From positions 187,488,001 to 187,552,000 of the forward strand of contig OZ024742.1 of the NCBI GenBank assembly GCA_964016885.1: a DNA stretch of 64,000 nt, in the 5' to 3' direction. Shown here in pieces: positions 56,157-64,000 of this stretch. This DNA comes from Eledone cirrhosa (lineage: Eukaryota). The notes beneath the pieces are model-generated. The model made no database searches. It saw only the letters and a list, made by a program, of their open reading frames with translations, and was not told where the DNA came from. How positions within the stretch are numbered: position 1 is the first letter of the stretch; each line of letters begins with the position of its first letter. The translations under genes were made by a program, and so were the position numbers.

Positions 56157-56272
56157 AATTGTTTCTACTTTTGGCACAAGGCCAGCAATTATCCAGGTGT
56201 ATTACTGAACTCAGAATGGAAAGGAACGTAACTCTTTGCGTCAAAGCAGAGCGTCCGACCCTCTATCGATAC
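56157..56272 (-). mobile_element. SINE family 1, internally deleted, tail-to-tail with the previous copy
   Basis: aattgtttctacttttggcacaaggccagcaatt...tgaactcagaatgg...ccctctatcgatac. Confidence 0.8.
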
Positions 56273-56481
56273 GTGGAAGATAGTAGTTCTGTTCTAAATT
56301 GAGGATGTAATTATTTATGTATTTTGTGTGTTTATGTGATTGTCTTCTTAAAGAATTAAGCGTGACATAGTTTGTGACTAAGCTGTTTTTTTTTACATAT
56401 AGGTACATAAGGTACATACCATCTTGTACTTTAGGGCAAGTAGATGAACGTTAATACAATTCTCGGGAAGATTAAGCAAAA

Positions 56482-56512
<31 letters not shown>

Positions 56513-57084
56513 TTCGTTTCTGAATTTGTTTAGCAAGATTCTTTATCTGAAATCGTGTGTTGAAACCGATATTGTTATACTTTGGGAGGGTCATGTTGCC
56601 AATAAGAAACACACGCACCAGTTGCTTTCACTTCAATTTAATTTAATATATATTTATAAATTTACAAATTTATAAATTTCTGGTTGGTTGGTTGGTTCCA
56701 CAACCAGATAGTTGTTTATATATATATAGTCATAGTTCTTTCGTCACACACTCTGTGACCTCTTCAGTGACTGGGGATTTCTTTCTTCGTTTCTGTGCCT
56801 TTCCTTTCTTCTATCCTACGCAAACAAAATGGCGTAGGATAGAAGAAAGGAAAGGCACAGAAACGAAGAAAGAAATCCCCAGTCACTGAAGAGGTCACAG
56901 AGTGTGTGACGAAAGAACTATGACTATATATATATAAACAACTATCTGGTTGTGGAACCAACCAACCAACCAGAAATTTATAAATTTGTAAATTTATAAA
57001 TATATATTAAATTAAATTGAAGTGAAAGCAACTGGTGCGTGTGTTTCTTATTGGCAACATGACCCTCCCAAAGTATAACAATAT
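56513..57084 (-). mobile_element. PLE-derived foldback: apparently perfect 253-bp arms (56569-56821 / 56832-57084), 10-nt loop, 56-nt tail
   Basis: The ORF track gives the same peptide from both strands except at the loop. TA flanks; a hammerhead in each arm. Confidence 0.92.
56881..56925 (+). ncRNA. Minimal type-I hammerhead ribozyme (identical mirror at 56728-56772, minus)
   Basis: agtca-CTGAAGA-g-gtcaca-gagtg-tgtgac-GAAAG-aa-CTA-tgact; cleavage after 56920. Confidence 0.85.
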
Positions 57085-57862
57085 ATATATATATATTTAT
57101 ATATATATACTATAGGCGTCCAGTCAGCTTCTGTCAACCAAATTTCACTCAGAAAAATTTGATTAACTTGTGGCGATAGTATATGGTCCTTGTTCAAGGT
57201 GCAATACACAGGGATAGAACCTCAAATCACATATATGCGATGCAAACCCTGTTAATACATTCTTCACTGTCTCTCTAGCTAAGTGATTGCATGTGTTATA
57301 TTTCTAAAGGCGTATTTGGACCAACATGCATGTGAGTATTTCAAGCTAGGATTATATTACGTCTACTCCAGTACAGTTGGATGAGTGTTGTATATATGTA
57401 TCCCAGGATGTTTACCTAACATAAGCAATGCTTACTTACAACGGGAAACCATGGAATAGAGAAAAAAACTATTTTTATGGATTTTTGTAAATAGGGTTTG
57501 TTAAGTCCATAATGTTTGCAAATGTAATTATCTCAGACGAATTGAATTATTTTTAAACGGAAATAGTTGAGTGATTTTCGATCGCCGCGAGCTCAAATCC
57601 AGTATTCACCAGTGCTCGGTATGCTAATTATAGCCACATGTTTAAATAATCGAATAGACTTAATCGTTTTATTCATTAGAAATTCAAATTAATATTCCCT
57701 ATTAATGGAAAGGATATGATGTTAATCATTCAATTTAAACATTTAAATGTCAGTTTTATATTTCTATTTGAAATCGATAATATTTTATTTATAATTGATG
57801 TCTTTAATTATATATCTATACCGAGATATGATGGGAATATCTATATAATGAATATAATTGTG

Positions 57863-57985
57863 AAGGCACGTGGCTAAGTTAGTTGTTAGAGAATTGGATT
57901 CGCAATCGGGAGTTTGTGAGCTCCATTCCCGGACTGGGCGATGCGTTCTGTCTTTGAGCAAGACACCTCATTTCATGTTTTACTC
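57863..57985 (+). mobile_element. SINE family 2 head
   Basis: ggcacgtggctaagt...tttgagcaagacacctcatttcatgtt, similar to 2836-2935. Confidence 0.65.
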
Positions 57986-58307
57986 CTTCTACATGGACTA
58001 ATTGTTTCTTCCGTCCGTTTTGATAAATTCTGGGTTCTTGTCAAACAATTGTCAATAATTGTATGGTGAATGCAGGCATGACTTAGTGGTTAAGAAGTTT
58101 TTTTCGATATTACGATATTCCAGGTTTGATCACACAACGTCATATCTTTCAAGTATATTTTACTATAGACTGGACTGAAATACTGTAAGTGATGTTTAAT
58201 AGCTTTAAACAGTTTGGAAGTCTTTCAGATTGGTTGGACTTGCAAATCAAAGGTCCAGTTTATTCATATATTGAGTCACACAGAGTCAATATATGAACAT
58301 TTCAGGA

Positions 58308-58501
58308 TTAGGTTAAGGATACACGTGTCTGTGGATTGCTAAACATTTGCAAGTCCATTTGCAGTTCTCATCACCGAAACTAATGGAGGATCGATCATTT
58401 TGTCTCAGAATTAGGTTAAGTGTACATGTGCCAGTGGGTTGTTTAACAGATTGCAAATCAATCCCCAATTGCCATCACTGAAACTGACGGAGGATCAATC
58501 A
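58308..58501. repeat. Diverged ~100-bp tandem duplication
   Basis: ttaggttaag...catcac.gaaact.a.ggaggatc.atca occurs twice (58308, 58411). Confidence 0.75.
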
Positions 58502-58749
58502 TAATTTAATTATCAATATCCATATTAGGTTCATCTACAATACAGTTCTCTAATAAATGTAAAACCACAAAAATAAAACAAACTAATAAAGTCATCGTTA
58601 AGAATAGACATCGATGTTCGATGTTTCACATTAAGTAATGTATTTTAGGATTGTTACCGTCATTTCACTCATATTTAATTTTGTTATACCAAACATTCAA
58701 ACATTGGTTTGATTCTCAAATTTATCATATGATGTATGCCCCAGATCAT

Positions 58750-59095
58750 CTACCTTGGACTCCGTACAGTTGAGCTCCTCCGTAAAATCGGTCGGCAGCC
58801 TGCCCGAGGACGTAGGTGGCTGTTGCAGCGTGTGTCACTGGCAATTGTCCGCGGAATTTCCCAAGTCATAGAGCCTCTCACCTTCTTTCTTCCATGGCCT
58901 AATAGTCGTTGCTCTTTTATTCCTTTTCCTCTCATTTATGGCATTTATAGTCCTTTCGTCTACTTTCCTATACACCCAGATCTTCCAATCCTCCCCGCTT
59001 TGGTTTTCATTACTTAATTGTGTTTTTATACTTTATTTTTCATATTTCCACCATTGCATAACTCCTGTTTGTGAAATAAAGCTGACATAAAATAA
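58750..59095 (+). mobile_element. CRE-like non-LTR retrotransposon 3' fragment
   Basis: ELLRKIGRQ...WLLQRVSLAIVRGIS resembles the CRE RLE C-terminal 'FL.QRLS.AIQRGNA' motif. A pyrimidine-rich 3' UTR and AATAAA follow. Confidence 0.6.
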
Positions 59096-59212
59096 TGCTA
59101 AATCAAACAAACAAAAAATATGTATTTATAAATTCTGAAGTCTTGAAAATGCCTCACTCCATGCTCTCCATCTCTCAAAATTAAAAGAGGATTGTGATGG
59201 ATTTTTCATGAG

Positions 59213-59375
59213 TGGTTTCTTATATAGGCACAATGCCAGCAATTTTGGGGGGAGGGGAATGTCGATTAAATCTACCCCAGTATGTGACTGATACTGTAAG
59301 TTAACCTCGGCGGGATTTGAACTCAGATCATAAAGAGCCTTAACTCTATGCTGCAAATTAAGGCGTCCGACACTT
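59213..59375 (-). mobile_element. SINE family 1, long variant with deletion
   Basis: ggcacaatgccagcaattttggggg...gttaacctcggcgggatttgaactcag. Confidence 0.8.
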
Positions 59376-59808
59376 CATTAATGTTAACCATTTAGATATT
59401 CGACCAGCTGAACATACTTCTGTAAGTGGCTGATTATTCCACAGACACGTGTAACCTTGATGTAATTCCAAAGCCGTATCAGCGGGCTAGAATGTGATGG
59501 TCGACCGAAACGTTGATACGCTAAAAAATTCACAGATGACCAAGATACTCTCATGGAATGACCAAATGGGGTTAATTTTTCAACATAGTCCCTAGAACGA
59601 AACAATGCGGTTATTATAGGAAGGGTTAAAATCAATGTATGCAAGATTTACAGCTTTAGCATCACTCCTTCATAGTAAACCTACTAACTTTTCAGCTTCC
59701 CCCCCCCTCATATATATATATATATATATATGTAAATATAATATATAAAATTGGAATTTTATTTCTTGCCCTAGCACAGCAGATGTATAAATGTAAGTAA
59801 GCACACTT

Positions 59809-59858
<50 letters not shown>

Positions 59859-59903
59859 GTATATATATAAATGTATGTATACATACATACACACACATAT
59901 ATC

Positions 59904-59962
<59 letters not shown>

Positions 59963-60605
59963 ATACATACATACATACATACATACACACACACACATAT
60001 ATATTAATTTTTTGAGTCTGTACCAACACAGAATGAGGGATTGATATGCTGTGTAATTAGTCGATATAATATATTTTATTAATGTTATTAATAGTAAATG
60101 TCTCCTCCGGGGAAACCTAATAACATGGTGTCATTGTTAAAAACAAATACATTTATATTTATAGCTTTAAACTCTAGAAAGTTTTAATATATATTTCAAT
60201 ATGTATTTTACAAATAATATCTATTTTATAGATAATAAATATTTTTTAAATAATATATATATTTTAAATATTTATTTTATAGATAACAAGTATTTTTATA
60301 TAATATTTATATTATGAATATTATAAATGTTTGTAAATAACATTTATTTTCTAAGAGATAATTATTAATTTAAAATGAAATATTTTCTGCACGTTTGGGA
60401 ATATTCATATTTCGATTAATTATGAATCAAGTTAAAACGCAAGGAAAATAAAAAAGGAATTAACGTAAATAGTAAAAGAAACAACAAAAAGAAGCAAACA
60501 ATTAATGCAAATAAAGGAGAGAAACTTTAATAGAACATATTATGTATGAAACAATATCCATTAAGTTAATGTGATCCTGTTTATTTTGACAAGAGCTGTG
60601 AATTA

Positions 60606-60659
<54 letters not shown>

Positions 60660-60783
60660 ACAAATATATATATGTGTGTGTGTGTGTATCTGTGTATATG
60701 TGTGTATGTGTGTATCTGTGTGTATGTGCATGCATGGGTGAGTGCGAGTGTGTAGATACGTCTCGATTTTTCGAAGAATCGAA

Positions 60784-60876
60784 ACTTATCTGAGGACCTT
60801 GCGATTTCAGAGTCAGGTTCGATCATTGCATCGATCGTGCCTCGAGCGGGTCGCCGGGTAAACGATTGTAATAAGT
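60784..60876 (+). ncRNA. Decayed type-I hammerhead with extended stem II
   Basis: acttat-CTGAGGA-cct.gcga...tcgc.ggg-TAAAC-gatt-GTA-ataagt (GAAA mutated). The tail gcaccactgattctccgtt matches ~34654-34672. Confidence 0.6.
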
Positions 60877-61100
60877 CTAATAAATGTTATTCGTCGCACC
60901 ACTGATTCTCCGTTTCTTATGTGAATATATATATATATATATATACCTATATATATATATATATATTATATATATATATATATATTATATATATATATTA
61001 TATATATATTATATATATGTATATTATATATATATTATATATATGTATATTATATATATATATATTATATATATATATTATATATATATTATATATATAT

Positions 61101-61131
<31 letters not shown>

Positions 61132-61300
61132 CAAAAGAGTACGTACTGAGAAGGAGTATACAATATTGTTGTCGTACCTGAAGCACTCAACCAGTTTTTG
61201 GTAAATTAGGAGTTATAACAACAAGCGTAATTCCGATCCTTTACTATACAGTGGCGGACATAGCTGAACCCCGAAACCTAAAGTCACACATACAGGTTAA
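61132..61300 (-). mobile_element. PLE-type 3' tail fragment with the conserved hairpin
   Basis: Minus strand ACTC-ctaattt-accaa-aaactgg-TT-GAGTGC (61185-61213), ending in (TA)n. Confidence 0.55.
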
Positions 61301-61389
61301 GTGTATGAAATTTTAATTTTTCTAGATAAACTCTTTTGCAATAAATTGAGCATTGTTTTCCTTGACCTTTTATCTATGGATATCCTGTA

Positions 61390-61492
<103 letters not shown>

Positions 61493-62449
61493 GTATAAAC
61501 TAGAACATGGAATGCTTTTAATATACAGTACTATTTAGAATGTTCAAACATTAAATAAATAAGCACTTAATACAGATGGGTAAAAGGTACGAATATGCTT
61601 TGAAAGTCGTAAAATGACAGTGACTTCGAGGTCTCAGGTTCGAAGTCATAGGTGGAGGAGTAATGAGACATATAGAATGTCTTTGATATTTTGCACCTAG
61701 TAAAGCACATCACCTCCCAGGGTAGATCACCAAGGATTTTGTTTTGGAGAGAGTGTAATTGGGGAAATAAAGAGATCAAAGAACCTAACAGCGATATGTG
61801 GCATTAACACAAATTATAAATCATTAATGAATATTAATTACAACATGTATAATCAATCGTTTCTTCAAGCTGCTTCAAAATGTAATTTCAGATGCAAGCT
61901 TATCGATCTAACAATCAACACTTAAAGCTTCAGTCCCCAATCGTACATTCAATTAAATACATAAAAAATAAAGATACTTCAAAAATATGGGCAACATGCA
62001 ATAGATCAATTAGTATCGACGATTAAAAGACATGAATATAATTATGCATAAACACCTTCTTTTGTAGTTCTTGCTTGCCACGTAAATTGATTTTGGACTT
62101 TCTGTATCGAAACTAAAGCAGCTACATCGATGAAGTGTCATTTTTAACCACGCCCAAATCCCCAAATGAGAACAATTTTCAAATTTCAAATTTATTATAT
62201 ATTTCTTGGCGTCGAAATTACCTGTTTAGATACACAAAGCCTCCAATCAATCTGATACATTTTCACTGCAGGTCTTGACACTAGGAAATACGTGATAAAT
62301 TGACTAGTTTTTGTGTGTGTCGAAATGATTCTTGCACCATGTAATTGCTAAATGTATAACGAAATTTTGAAATGTAAATGCAATGGAAGAATAACTATCT
62401 CAATGGAATATTTGTAGTAAAAGTTGTGTAAAAAGGATTTTTAGTGCAT

Positions 62450-62630
62450 TAGTGGCAGTATCGATAGAGAGTCGGACGCCATACTTTGCAGCATAAAGTT
62501 ACGTCTCTTTATGGTTTGAATTCAAATCTGCCGAGGTTAACTTTGCCTTTCATCCTTACGGGGTTGATGAAATAAAGCACGACCAGTAATGCACTGGGAT
62601 AATTGTGCCAAAAGTAGAAACACTTATTAT
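62450..62630 (+). mobile_element. SINE family 1
   Basis: tggcagtatcgatag...ttcaaatctgccgaggttaactttgcctttcatccttacgggg...tgtgccaaaagtagaaac. Confidence 0.85.
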
Positions 62631-63554
62631 ATATAACTAATGTTAATTGCATTCATATAAAAAAATATAGAAGATGATTTGACGAACACACCTAAAAATT
62701 TAAACATATGTAGAATTACAATAATTTGAAAGTGCTGAAATGGAATGAATGAATTAATTATTTCGATTGGACAGAGGAAAATATGTAGTCCTATGTCTTT
62801 TCATCGATACTATCTTATACTTTCTGATCTCTCGATCGCAAATAATGGCAGAAGCACCGCTGCTTTACCAATGACGGAGAACGGTATATAGACAGGTCAA
62901 GAACATAGCTGCAAACGATACTGAAAATCCTACGGTCAAACTATTTACCAATTCCATCATTTCACTCTTCTTTGACTTGTTATTTATATACTGATACCGA
63001 AATGACGAAATAGTAAAGTTGACTTCGGTGAGATTCGAACACAGAAAACAGACAATCAGAACCCAAAACGAGGCATTTAAATGAAACGACAGACATTCTA
63101 ACAACTCTGCCCATTAGTCACCAACGTGAATGCAATGTATATTAATAATAAGGATGTTGATTTAACACACCTAAAAGATTACAATTTTTCCTAACAAATT
63201 GAATTACGATAAATTCATTGTGATGATATGGTATGAAAAAAATATAAGCGAACCTAATTGGATAATAGAACAACACCAATCTGCCAATAGTACAGACGCT
63301 CCAATTCCACATATATATGGTTATAAAAATGTTAGGAGTTTCAATTATACCTTGACAAAGTTACTTTATAGCCGAAATATATCATAAGGAATAAAAAGAA
63401 AAACATATATATAACTAATTTCGGTTTTATACTGATTTCTCTCATTTAGTGCCAGTTTCCATTGTAGTGCTTTTCACACATCATGTATATCTATCTATAT
63501 ATATATATATATATATATATCTATCGCTTTCTCTCTCTCTCTATATATATATAT

Positions 63555-63745
63555 ATAGGAACGAGTAGGACCCCGACGCTGAGCTCAAGCCGTTTCGACG
63601 GCTAATTCTCGATTATTAGCCGTCGAAACGGCTTGAACTCAACCGTCGGGGTCCTACTCGTTCCTATTACCCACTCTACTACCCTAAGTATTGAGTACTT
63701 TGGTGCGTTATGGTCCACCTGGTTCCTTACCACATTTCCTTCATT
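63555..63745 (+). mobile_element. PLE-derived foldback (arms 63555-63606 / 63615-63667) plus tail
   Basis: Palindrome with an 8-nt loop, GAAACGGCT..GTC half-ribozyme, tail hairpin 63673-63696 and TA flanks. Confidence 0.85.
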
Positions 63746-63948
63746 ATATATATATATATGATATATATATATATTTATAGGAAGGCAGTTAAATGCTTAT
63801 TGATATACACATTCATTATTCGATGTTTCATAGGTAGGTGAAACACTGTCTACTTGTTTAGACGTTCACATATATATCCATATATATATATACTTATATA
63901 TACATTCATACGTAGTACCGGTTGTGTTGTTATTTCTGTTTACCTTTT

Positions 63949-64000
<52 letters not shown>

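Overview
AT-rich eukaryotic, repeat-dominated window. The SINE families and microsatellite load suggest an octopus/coleoid genome (inference). No host gene can be called confidently, and most ORF-track entries are (TA)n/(CA)n/(CAT)n artefacts. Recognisable elements: two large 5'-truncated Penelope-like elements (PLEs; RT + CxCx5C linker + C-terminal GIY-YIG) at 42890-46755 and 48853-51650, three further PLE endonuclease fragments, an R4/Dong element next to (TAA)n, an RTE-BovB-like LINE, RTE and CRE 3' fragments, an internally deleted hATm transposon, an internally deleted Helitron and more than a dozen tRNA-derived SINEs. The most notable signal is a population of short non-coding PLE-derived insertions in (TA)n tracts. 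Many are foldback palindromes carrying minimal type-I hammerhead ribozymes. About 12 of them, from sequence-unrelated families, share a covarying 3' RNA stem-loop (RCUC-stem-loop-UU-GAGY-RC) roughly 25-65 nt downstream of the ribozyme cleavage site. In 7 foldbacks the inverted arm stops 5-20 nt before this hairpin, making it a candidate cis-signal for PLE reverse transcription/integration. All alignments and folds were done by eye.
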